64,000 nt of DNA from Octopus vulgaris. Its lineage: Eukaryota. A program made the position numbers and the translations under genes. Where the stretch lies: positions 161,200,001 to 161,264,000 of the forward strand of contig OX597815.1 of the NCBI GenBank assembly GCA_951406725.2, written 5' to 3'. This document shows, one piece after another, positions 11,071-23,349 of this stretch (position 1 is the stretch's first letter; each line of letters opens with the position of its first letter). The notes beneath the pieces were generated by a model that worked only from the letters and a program-made list of their open reading frames with translations, did not search any database and was not told where the DNA came from.

Positions 11071-12733
11071 GGAACCAAACAACTTCAATATTCTTACTTC
11101 CTGAAGTTAGTGAAGCTGATCTCATGATGTATAATGGATTAGGAACAAACACATAACTATTTATTATGGTAAAGTATAGGGAAAGAAAGATAAACACTAT
11201 CCTTTATAGAAATGAATGCGGAGAAGTAAGTTTATACATGTTTGTGTGTGTGAATAATATATTGCCTTATTTATATATTTAGTTAAATCAATGACTTCTA
11301 AAGTCTGTTCACCCATTTATAAAGAACTAAAAATTACATTATTCCCATAATGTTCCTAACATCCATATATCCAAGGTAAATCAGTTTCATTATATATCAT
11401 AAGAGTTGTAAGAACTTGTACATCTCGTAGGGTTTTTATAGCTAGATTCAAAGCTCAGCTCAAACTACATATGGCTCCATATTGTTTCCACCACAGATCA
11501 CTAGGCCTTTAAATATAATGTTCTCTTTTGATGATAGGAAACATGAAGCAGCAAACATGCAATAAACCATTGCTCAGCCCACTGAATGCAAAATGAATTA
11601 GAAAGAAAACAAACTGTTATAGAAACAAAGATCAAGTGTGAGAAAGTATGAGTTCACACAGCTAGCACCATTGTTTGAAGACCAACTAACAAGCTAGAAA
11701 ATGGACAGGAAACTGTCAGAATCAGAATGCTCTCAGCTAGAACTATAACCATTCATGTTCAAAATACATATACTTAATGCGATAAAGTGTTCCTTGATGA
11801 TCCATTCTGGTTAAGCATACAAATGCATTTGGAACATCCAAGATAATGCTCCGAGCAGCAATAATGATGAAACGCATGTAAGAAATAGTATTATAAATAT
11901 CATGTTATTATACATAGGGGCACACATTGCTGTGTGGTAAGAAACTTGTTTCCCAACCACATGGTTCCAAGTTCAGTCCCACTGCAATGGCACCTTGGGC
12001 AAGTGTCTTCTACTATAGCCTTGGGCTGACCAAAGACTTGTGAGTGGATTTGGTAGGCAGAAACTGAAAGAATCCTGTCTTATACATGTGTGTGTGTCTG
12101 TTCCCACCACCAGTTGGCAGCCGGAGTTTATCAATATATATGAATATATCTATCAATATGTTATACAGAATTAAAATTTTATATCTCTGAAGAGCAGAAG
12201 CGTTGTCTATAAATGCTTATCAATATAGGATTTCATTATAGGGACAACTCTTCTGTGAAACAATCATAAGATGCTTTAAATAATTAATTCAAAACTGTCA
12301 TATACATTATATATTTATACTTATACATACTTACATATATTTTTTACATATATTTTTTTACATATTTATATTTATTTGTTTATATATTTTTAATACAACA
12401 ATTATTTTTCACACGTGTATATCTTTCTGAGGAGTTTTGATATTGATTTCCTAATATTAATAATAATATATTATTAAAAAATATATGTGTATATAATCGC
12501 TTGTATTTAAATATATAAATACTTTAATAGTATTAATACTTTGATATAATTGAACACTCAATATAAATTCAGTATATAATATTCTCATTGAATATATTTA
12601 ACTAAAGAGTTATTTATCAATAGCTATAAACTCACAGGTCTTTGACTTGAGACTAGTTTCATAAGTGCCAATACACAAAACTCTGGGACCATAAGTCCCT
12701 CTGTTACTTTTGCTAAATATTAATTTAAAAAAT

Positions 12734-12772
<39 letters not shown>

Positions 12773-12972
12773 CATATATGAATAAGTTGGCATCAACAAG
12801 GAGTACAGAGGAACATTTATTTATAATCACTACAATTGTTTCCATGCAATGTAGTTCTCCAGTTTCACAGGTATTTGGTTAGGTGTGAAATCTGAAGGTG
12901 GATGAGTTTTACACTATACTCTACTTCATTCTCAGCAGAATATAACCTAACTACATATATATGTAGATATAT

Positions 12973-13200
12973 TTCTTTACTACCCACAAGGGGCTAAACA
13001 CAGAGGAAACAAACAATGACAGACAAACGGATTAAGTTGATTACATCAACCCCAGTGCGTAACTGGTACCTAATTTATCGACCCCAAAAGGATGAAAGGC
13101 AAAGTCAACCTTGGCGGAATTTGAACTCAGAACGTAACGGCAGACGAAATACAGCTACGCATTTCGCCTGGCGTGCTAATGTTTCTGCCAGCTCACACCT
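12973..13200 (-). mobile_element. SINE family B
   Basis: Reverse complement of 6450-6673. Confidence 0.85.
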
Positions 13201-13687
13201 TCATATGTATATGTATATATATGTATTGTATAACCTGACATTCCATTGGTTACAATGACAAGTATTTTATTTCAACCAATCAACGGAACAGCTTGCTTGT
13301 GAAATTAACATGCAAGTGGTTAAGCACTGTACAAGCACACTTACTCTTAACACAATTCTCATGGAGATCCACCATGAGAGGTACAACTCATTTTTGCCAG
13401 CTAAGCAGATTGGAGCGATACGAAATAAAGTGTCTTGCTCAAGGACACAGCGTGCTCCCAGGAACTGAACTTATGACTTTACACTCATAGGTCAAATACT
13501 CTAACCACTAAATCCTGCCCCTTCACTTTGTGCACACGCATGTGTGTGTGTGCGGGTGTGTGCATGCGTGCGTGTGTGCATGCACACATGAATGTGTGTG
13601 TATATACACAAATATATAGATATATATATACATATGTATATATGTGTGTGTGTGTGTATATATATATATACATGTATATATATACAC

Positions 13688-13730
<43 letters not shown>

Positions 13731-14007
13731 TACATACACACACATATATCACAGACATACACTTATTCATAAGTCAGATTGTATTGATGCTCTTGTTATT
13801 AATGTCCAGCTGTCAGACTTGTTTCATTATGTAAATGAGTCTTATCAGAAATAATATTTACATTTTTTTTTATAAGTAGTCTTTTACAAACATCTCTCAG
13901 CAGTCTGGAACCCTTAATAAACATATAACAAATCAGTTCAATCCCCATTCGATGCTGCCAAAAACCATTTTTTTTGTTTTGTATTGTTTTGTGTGTGTTT
14001 GTATATA

Positions 14008-14434
14008 TTCTTTTACTTGTTTCAGTCATTTGACTGTAGCCATGCTGGAGCACCACCTTTAGTCGAGCAAATCGACCCCAGGACTTATTCTTTGTAAGCT
14101 TAGTACTTATTCTATTGGTCTCTTTTGCTGAACCGCTAAGTTACGGGCATGTAAACACACCAACATTGGTTGACAAGCAATGTTGGGGGAATAAACACAG
14201 ACACACAAACATATACACACACATACACATATATATATATATATATATACATATAAATACATACATATATACAATGGGCTTCTTTCAGTTTCCATCTACC
14301 AAATCCACTCATAAGGCTTTGGTCGGCCCGAGGCTATAGTAGAAGGCACTTGCCCAAGGTGCCATGCAGTGGGACTGAACCCGGAACCATGTGGTTCGTA
14401 AGCAAGCTACTTACCACACAGACACTCCTACGCC
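14008..14434 (-). mobile_element. SINE family A, full length
   Basis: Reverse complement of 48013-48472. A second, older copy follows at ~14480-14826. Confidence 0.9.
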
Positions 14435-16780
14435 TATACACAGCCAATCCTACGCTTATCTATATATACTTTTTTTTTTATCTTTTACTTGCTTCAGTCA
14501 TTTGACTGCAGCCATGCAGGGGCACTGCCTTGAAAGGCTTTTTAGTCAAACAAATCAACTCTAGGACTTGTTATTTTTGTTAGCACTAAGTTATAGGTAC
14601 GTAAACATACCAACACCAGCTGTCAACTGGTGGTGGGGAGAAACACACACATACACATGTATAAGACAGGCTTCTTTCAGTTTCTGTCTACCAAATCCAC
14701 TCACAAGTCTTTGGTCAGCCCAAGTCTATAGTAAAAGATACTTGCCCATTGTGTCATGCTGTGGGACTGAACCCAAAACCTTGTGGTTAAGAAGCAAACT
14801 TCTTACCACACAGCCATGCCTGTGCCTATATATGTGAATATATATATAGTTAATCCAAACAAGAAAACACAAAAAAACAAAAAAAACACAGCAACGTGAG
14901 GACGTGGAACAATAAAGTATTATTGGACGCTCAGGAAAGAAGGGAAGAAGGAGGGTTTAATGTTTCGAGCGGAGCTCTTCATCGGAAACATAGGAGAAGG
15001 AAAGATCCCGAGAAGGGAAGACAGACTGAAAAAAATCGGCAGCGGTACTCACGAGGTCACACATCTTGTAGCCATGTACAAGTGAAACCAAAACACAAAT
15101 ATACTTATTACAGGGCAAATATTTAGCTGAATATGCACTACAAAAAAGTTAATGCAGTATTATATGAAACTGATGAAATGGAATATCTGTTTTAGTTACA
15201 AGTATTTGGGGGTTTAAAAACTTGAGAGAGGAAGAACTCTTATTTTATTTCAAACTCTGAGTTGTGAAATATTGTAAATGAATATAGTTAATATATATGA
15301 GGTATTAAAGTTGGCATATTACTTGTTGTAAATGTTTCTTTAATTAGCTTCAAGAGTTCAGAAAATTACACCTCTTAATTACCTGAAAATATCTCATACC
15401 TAAATGGTTGAAAGTAAAAGACAATCAGAGTAGATGAAAGTTCCAATGGTGTGGATTTGATTAAGGTGGACCTTGACTTGCCAGGAAGTGACCCACACAC
15501 TTGGTTTCATGGCCTTCCTCTGCGGTGCATACAGAATGAGACATGTGGGATCCAGTTATGAAACTGCAAAAGACTGCCACTGATCTGGTAATAGTTTTGA
15601 GTGGCACCTTCTCTAGCATGTCCATCATGAATAGTCCTCTTCATCTGCTGGCTTAGGTGTTAAGATTTGCTGTAGTCATCATCCACTTGATATTGATCCA
15701 TCAGTTTAATGTACATTTATTTAAAATTGCTGTGAAATTAGGTCCTGTGGTTAAATGACAGTTCAATCAGCAGCTTGGAGTGGAAATTGAACCAATTAGT
15801 CTAGTTTTGTATTTCTTAAGACTCATCAGGGATTGTTTACTTCTGCTCTCCAAACTGACAGATTTTTCTGTAGGATTATTTATCAAAAATGTAAACATGA
15901 TTGTTTACGATAAACTTATCTGCATAATGGTATAAGATTGACAGCTGCACATTAATAACTAGAGCAGCAATATGGCTCGGCTTTTCTCAGTATTGACCAC
16001 TCGAGTCAAGTGACTACTTATTTGCATATTCTATAAAGCAATGTAATTGTTGCACTTTATACATTAGTATTTCTGTAACTATATACAACTATATGTACAT
16101 TTTGCTGACCCACTAGGTTACATAGATTTAAACATGGCAGTACCAGTTATCAAGTAGTGGTCGGTGACAAACACACACACACACACACATATGTATATAC
16201 TAAGAGGTCCTTTCAGTTTCTGTCTACCAATTCCACTCACAAGGATTTGGTGGGCCCAAGGCTGTAGCAGAAAACACTTACCCAAGGTGCCATACAATGG
16301 GAGTGAACCTGGGACCATGTGGTTGGAAAGCTAACTTCTCACTGCACAGCCACATCTGAATAAATATATAAATTTAAAAGTTTTTGCAAAAAAATAGTTG
16401 ATGTAATCACAATATATATAAAAAAAAGGTTATTTTAAAAGTTATTTATATTTAAATTTTTTATTGGAATGGGAGAATGTCACACCTTTTGCGAGAAAGG
16501 TTTTGTATTTTAAGTGTGTGTGTGTGTTTATATGTATGTGTGTATGTATATATATATATATATAAATTAAATTAGAGATAAAACCACTTCTAAAGTCTGT
16601 TCACCCATTTATAAAGAACTAAAAATTACATTATTCCCATAATGTTCCTAGTATTCATATATCCAAGGTAAATCAGTTTCATTATATATCATAATATACA
16701 TATATATATATACATATACCTTTTGCATATGATGTACACATGCACAAATGCACTCACATGTGTGTGCATATAGATATATA

Positions 16781-17310
16781 GGTGCAGGTGTGGCTGTGTG
16801 GCAGGAAGCTTGCTTCCCAATCACATGGTCCTGGGTTCAGTCCCACTGTGTAGTACTTTTGGCAAGTGTCTTCAATTTGGACTAACCAAAACCTTGTGAG
16901 TGACTTTGGTAGACAGAAACTGAAAGAAGACCATCATATATATACAGGGTGTCCCGCAAGTTGCGCACCGCCGTGGTTTTTTAAAAGAATACACTCTTAC
17001 TGATTTCAAAAATACTTTATTGAAATTAATCGTAGCAAATACTCAAATTGAGCACTCTCTACAGTAAAACATGCCAAAACAAATATAATAAAATAAAATG
17101 CTTTAATTATTTTTAATGAAAACCAGAATGGTGCGTTACTTCTGGGACACCCTGTATGTGTGTCTGTGTGTGTTTGTCTCCCCACCATTGCTTGACAACC
17201 AATGTTGGTGTGTTACATCCCTGTAACTTAGTGGTTCAGCAAAAAAAACTGATAGAATAAGCACCAGGCTTACCAAGAATAATTCCTGAGGTCGATTTCT
17301 TCGACTAAAA
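16781..17310 (+). mobile_element. SINE family A carrying a MITE in its central microsatellite
   Basis: 5' half ~16781-16940 and 3' half ~17160-17310 match family A. Confidence 0.8.
16945..17154. mobile_element. Tc1/mariner-superfamily MITE
   Basis: TA|CAGGGTGTCCC ... GGGACACCCTG|TA terminal inverted repeats with TA duplication. Confidence 0.88.
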
Positions 17311-17738
17311 ACCCTAATATATATTTAGTATTTCATGTCAATGCAATACAGCATTGCCTCAATGTTTAGTTCAGCATTCCACTCCTACGTCTGTATTACA
17401 CCATAATCATATTACCCAAGCGAAGGTAGGCTAGGTTGTCAGAAATATGATTCCCATACTATTTGAGCTATGATAGAAGCCAGTTATTTGTATTTCGAAT
17501 ACATTTAATGATACACGTTTCAAGTAGTTATGTAACAAGTGGTTGTGGAGATATCCACTCTCTATATAACCACTTGAAGACGTACATATCATTAAATGTA
17601 TTCAAAATACAAATCATTAGTATATGTATACATATGCATACATATATAAATATATGATTACATATATGTATGTACATACACAGACACACACACACACACA
17701 GATATATATGTGTATACATGCACACACAGATACATACA

Positions 17739-17803
<65 letters not shown>

Positions 17804-17967
17804 GTGTGTGAGTGCAGGTGTGACTGTGTGGTAAGAAGCTTGCTTCACAACCACATGGTTCTGGGTTCAGTCCCACTGTGTAGTACCTTGGGCAAGTGTC
17901 GTCTTCTATAGTCTCAGGCTGATCAAAGCCTTGTGAGGAGATTTGGGAGACAGAAGCTGAAAGAAGC

Positions 17968-18005
<38 letters not shown>

Positions 18006-18008
<3 letters not shown>

Positions 18009-19604
18009 TCATCATCATCGTTTAACGTCTGCTTTCCGCGCTAGCACGGGTTGGACGGTTTGACCGGGTCTGGGAAGCCAGGGGCCGCACCAGGCTCCAG
18101 TCTGAATCTGGCAGAGTTTCTACGGCTGGATGCCCTTCCTAACGCCAACCACTCCGTGAGTGGATTGGGTGCTGTGCCACCTGCACAGGGGCCGGAGGGT
18201 CCGGCATCGTCACGATCGGTTCGAGCATTTTAACGTGTCAGCGGCACGGGGGCAACGAGGTCCGGGGTACTTTGGGGATCGGGGTACTTTGGGGATCCAG
18301 GGTACTTTGGGGATCCGGGGTACTTAGAATGGGTAGGGGGTATGTGGAATTGCTGCAGAAAGCAGCCCGGGTCTTTATAGTCACAGCATTTATCGTCACT
18401 GAGTAACGTAATTAGGTAGAGGAAAGAAATACAGATATTCTAGAGTTGAGTTGGGAGGGGGGGGGGTCCAGTTGAGGCGGGTAATATAGGGGAGCAACCA
18501 GTGGGGAAGGTTGGGGTAAGGAGGAACGATGGCAGGAAGGGTTGGTGTAGGTTCCTAAGAAATAAAGACATTCGTTATCGTCACTGAGTAACGTAATTAG
18601 GTAGAGGAAAGAAATACAGATATTCTAGAGTTGAGTTGGGGAGGGGGTGTCCAGTTGAGGCGGGTAATATAGGGGAGCAACCAGTGGGGAAGGTTGGGGT
18701 AAGGAGGAACGATGGCAGGAAGGGTTGGTGTAGGTTCCTAAGAAATAAAAACGTAGGATATTACGAGGCGGGAGGGTACTAAAGGGGATGGTCGGAATGA
18801 GGCAGTGTCAGGAGGAAGCGTAAGATCGGTGGGCAGTTGATGAGCTATGGCACTAGCAGCTTGTCTTTTCACAGTGAAAGCATATGAGGAGAAGGGGTAG
18901 TGGGGGAGGAGGAGGGAGTAGGGCGTACCCGGTGTAGATGAGTAAGGCGTATCCGGTGTAGATGGTGAGAACAGGGTATACTGGTATTGGTGGTGGGGGG
19001 TGAGAACAGTGTTCACCGGTATTGGTGGTGGTGGCGGTGAGAACAGTGTTCACCGGTATTGGTGGTGGGGGTGAGAACAGTGTTCATCGGTATTGGTGGT
19101 GGGGTTGGGGGGGCGGGCGCACCGCCAATGGCGGAAAGATGGGAAGAGATGGGATTACTGCTTGAGGTAGCCTAAGGTTAAATTTTGTAGAGAGAGAGAT
19201 AGGAAAGATAAATCAAGTTATGGCGAAGGCTTGAAAGTAGCCTAAAAGGTTAAATTTTCGTAACAATGTATGAATAAACGTAGTAACAACGAATAAAAAT
19301 AGTAAGATAAATTTTTAAGAACTTGCTGCGGGCATCGATCGGGAGTTGAAATTGAAGAAGAAAGTAAGTTGAATTGGGAATTTAAATTGCAGAATCGTAA
19401 TGGTAATGGCGATTTTCAAGTTTTAGCATAAGAAGAAGAAGAGGAGGAAAAAGACCGCCAATGGCGGAAAGATGGGAAGAGATGGGATTACTGCTTGAGG
19501 TAGCCTAAGGTTAAATTTTGTAGAGAGAGAGATAGGAAAGATAAATCAAGTTATGGCGAAGGCTTGAAAGTAGCCTAAAAGGTTAAATTTTCGTAACAAT
19601 GTAT
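18006..19604 (-). mobile_element. Composite ~1.6 kb insertion: family C tail plus G-rich, internally duplicated 5' region
   Basis: Bounded by (TA)n on both sides. Near-identical duplications 18391-18570/18576-18750 and 19121-19271/19454-19604; short tandem units at 18263-18325 and 18964-19105. Confidence 0.6.
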
Positions 19605-19705
19605 ATATATATAGGTAGGTAGGTAGAAAATATGTGGAAAAGATATATAAAAGGTGGAAGAGAAATGCCTTCATTTTACATAGTTTAATATCTTTTTGTA
19701 AAGAA

Positions 19706-19752
<47 letters not shown>

Positions 19753-19966
19753 GGATGTCATGGTATCCGATTTTTGCAATTTAAATTCGCTTTCCAAGTG
19801 ACATTGTGAAGTAATCAATTCTTGTGACAAGGAGGCCTCACCATTTTGGATGCTTGAAAAGTAAGAATGAGTCTAGAGAGTGGACAAAAGGAGGCAACAG
19901 GTGGCATGTGAGACAACTAACTCCTTGGTATAATTGTTGAAAGAGGAATGTGTCAGGATCAGGTAG

Positions 19967-20833
19967 TTAAGTTTGTATATTAAGGTGTGGTCTGTACTTT
20001 TGTATGAATAGGTTTTCCTTGTTTAGGCATTCTTGTAAGGAGATTGAATTTTTGCATTGGTATAATGGAAAGATATGGAAATTTGGCATTTTATTTCTTG
20101 CGCATCTGTCGATATGTTCACTCAGGGCTATCTGCCTGTATTGAAAAAATAAAATCTGTTCTTTATGCAACATGACTCTGCATCTCAAAGTAAGGCTCAT
20201 TTGGCCCACATAATTGTGGTCACAGCCTGAGCAGGTTAAGACATAGATAAGGTTCTGAGAAGCACATGTGAAGTTGGTCTTAATTGAGAATTTTTCCCCT
20301 TGCTGGAATGTGAATTTCGAGCCTTCAGTTAGGTATGGGCATGTACCATAATTAGGTCGTCTGCATTTTTTAACTGTTGGTATCATATGTATTGAATATA
20401 GTTTTGCATTTGTTAGGAGTCTCTTTAGTGATTTGTGTTTTCATTTGCATTTGAGGAGTTTATGTGAATTTAGGACGTTGTTCATTTTCAGATCTTGAGT
20501 GAGCAGTGGGAGATTTTGTATAACTGTGTTGTATGCTTCATTGTTTCTGGGGTTGTGGGTTGATATGTATGGGAGTGATTTAAAGTGAGGTGTGGTGTTT
20601 TGTTTTGTTGTCCTTAGTGCGTTTGTGTCAAATTTCTTGGCACATTTAATTCCATGGCTTATAAGTGCAGGTGGGTATTGACTTTCAATGAGTGTTATTT
20701 TGAGGTCTTGTAGGCGATGTTCCTGAGTGGTTGTGTCAGATACAATTGTACAGATCCTTTTTACTAGATTGAATGGGATATTCATTCTGGTGTGTTTAGG
20801 ATGGCATGAACTGAAAGGGAGATACTGTTTTGA
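19967..20833 (-). mobile_element. Penelope-like element: RT C-terminal region and GIY-YIG endonuclease (disrupted)
   Basis: SKQYLPFSSCHPKHTRMNIPFNLVKRICTIVSD; C..R.NYGTC; NLIYVLTCSGCDHNYVGQ (GIY-YIG); H...C; E..FI.KY.P.LN terminus. Confidence 0.93.
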
Positions 20834-21020
20834 TCATCTGGAATGAAACCTATGATAAACTTCTGGATTTCAAATCCACACTGAACAATATAAACTCCAA
20901 TATTCAATTTACAATGGAATATAGCAAGGAACAACTCCCATTTCTGGACATTTTGATTATAAAATAATCCAACAACGAAGTTGCAACTGACAGCTACTAC
21001 AAACCAACAGACTCAAAACA
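20834..21020 (+). mobile_element. Inverted 5' segment of the same Penelope-like RT
   Basis: + strand reads IWNETYDKLLDFKSTLNNINSNIQFTMEYSKEQLPFLDILIIK*SNNEVATDSYYKPTDSK (PLE RT: IxFTxE, LPFLD, YxKPT). Confidence 0.9.
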
Positions 21021-21289
21021 TAATATAATGTAATATTTATCCCCACTTAAAGTGGAAGTTTTGTTAAAACACAGAGTACAGTGAAAGTCACCAAGCGAAA
21101 ACATCTGATATTAGCTTTTGGTGTATATAAGCACTCTTTTAGCAGAGAGATAAATCACCCCCATCACCACTGCTAAGACTGCCAGTTCACTTCATTTCAG
21201 CCTTGCCTGACCTTGTCAATGGTAGATGTTTGGATGTGGCAAAACATCAATAGTAGCTGTTTATGTGCAGAAACATGTAAAAGCATTTA

Positions 21290-21535
21290 TGCAGTGACAC
21301 GTAAAAGCACCCATGTGGTGCCACATAAAAGCACCTGTGCAATGGTACATAAAAGCATCCAGCACACCCTGTAAAGTGGTTGGTGTTAGGAAGGGCATCC
21401 AGTTGTAGAAACCATGCCAAATCTGACTGGAGTCTGGTGCAACCCTTCAGAATGCCAGCTCTGGTCACACCGTCCAACCCATGCCAGCATCGACAACGGA
21501 TGTTAACTGATGATGATGATAATAATGATGATGAT
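21290..21535 (+). mobile_element. Family C module
   Basis: Several G(T/G)CACGTAAAAGCACC-like units, GGTTGGTGTTAGGAAGGGCATCCAG, (GAT)n tail. Confidence 0.75.
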
Positions 21536-23295
21536 GCTGGTCTTTCTGGCTCCCTCTAGCTATCACATCCTCAATGTTCACCTGGATTAAGTGTGGGATT
21601 ACTGAGATTACATGTCTATGTATACTTGGCTCATGGCTACATAGGCACCCAAAATAACTAGCAAGACCATGGTATATTAAGCTACTATATCATACTCACT
21701 TGCAAGTGATGGCTAAGCATTTAGGCATGCATATGTATATGTATATGTGTGTGTGTGTATGTGTGCGATTGTCTTTAGTGAATGAGAGATATGTTGTAAG
21801 TGGCAAAACTATAATCAGCTGATATTTACTTGTCACAGAATGCTATGATGGTGGGATAAATATGTGATGATAAGTGGGGTAGTGGGTTTAGCTAGCAAGT
21901 GGCACATATTCAAAATAATTTTTTTATTCAATGACAGGCATTCTTCTGGAAATACTGTTATAATATGTCACGTCATCTCCTCAAAACACCTACAACATAC
22001 TTCTTGTTATCTTATATATCATCTGGATTACCCTCATGGCTGAAATCTCAGATTTCTTCTCCTTTTCGCATCACACTTTCATAAACTACTGATAAACACT
22101 TTTCTCATCTAATCTATTGTTATATTTATGGCTGTGTACATAAATGCATTCATTTATATTTACATATAACAGATTAAGAGTGCCAAAACACATTCACAAA
22201 CACACAAATGCACACACACAAGCATGTACACATGAATACAAGGAGGTGATTATGGTGGCAAACAACTATAGGTCAACAGCTTTGTTTAACGTCCTTTGTA
22301 TGTCATGTCACACATGCACACACAGACACACATGCATGCACACGCACACACACATATGAACTCATGAATATACATGCAAATACACACATACACATAAGTA
22401 CACGTACACTTGCTTATACTTGCAAATGCACACACGCATGCACATTCATGTATTTGCATAAATAAAATAATGACACTAAATTTGCAAATAGCTTAAGGTC
22501 AACCTGCATTCCTCCACATCAAGCTACACAGAAGCTATTTTCACTGGTTTTCTTGTGACTACTTTTGTCAACCAAGCAAAATAACTCCTTGACAAGTAAG
22601 CAAGCAGGAGAATGTAAAAAAGAATTAGACTTATTGTAGATTATAACCCTGGATTATGTAGGATATTGCACCTTCTGAAGTATTGCATGTGTTTGTGTGT
22701 CTGTGTCCCCCCCCCCATATCGCTTGACAACTGATGCTGATGTGTTTACATCCCCGTAACTTAGCGGTTCGGCAAAAGAGACTGATGGAATAAGTACTAG
22801 GCTTACAAAGAATAAGTCCTGGGGGTCGATTTGCTCGACTAAAGGAGGTGCTCCAGCATGGCCACAGTCAAATGACTGAAACAAGTAAAAGAGTAAAAGA
22901 GTAACTGAAAGATTTTGATTCAATCTTGCATTCATAATTAAAAATTAAATAAATTTATAGATTATAACAATATTAGTAATAATAACAACATTGACACCAG
23001 CAAGCCAGATAACCAACACATTATACACTCAACACACAATACAAGCAGTAATACAAAAAAAGACTGCACCACACCTCAAGAGATAAAAAAACTGATGCAA
23101 TACAATACCAGAAAGTTTGCACACTCCCACCAACAGAAAAGAACACACAATACTGCACACACCCCAGCAACATGGAGGTGTAACAGGTGATGCAGTAAAA
23201 ATTTGCCTGAAACTATCAAACGTTGACTAAACTATCAAACTATCAAAAGTTGACCAAAGCCTTGTGAGTGGATTTGGTAGAAAGAAATTGAAAGA

Positions 23296-23349
<54 letters not shown>

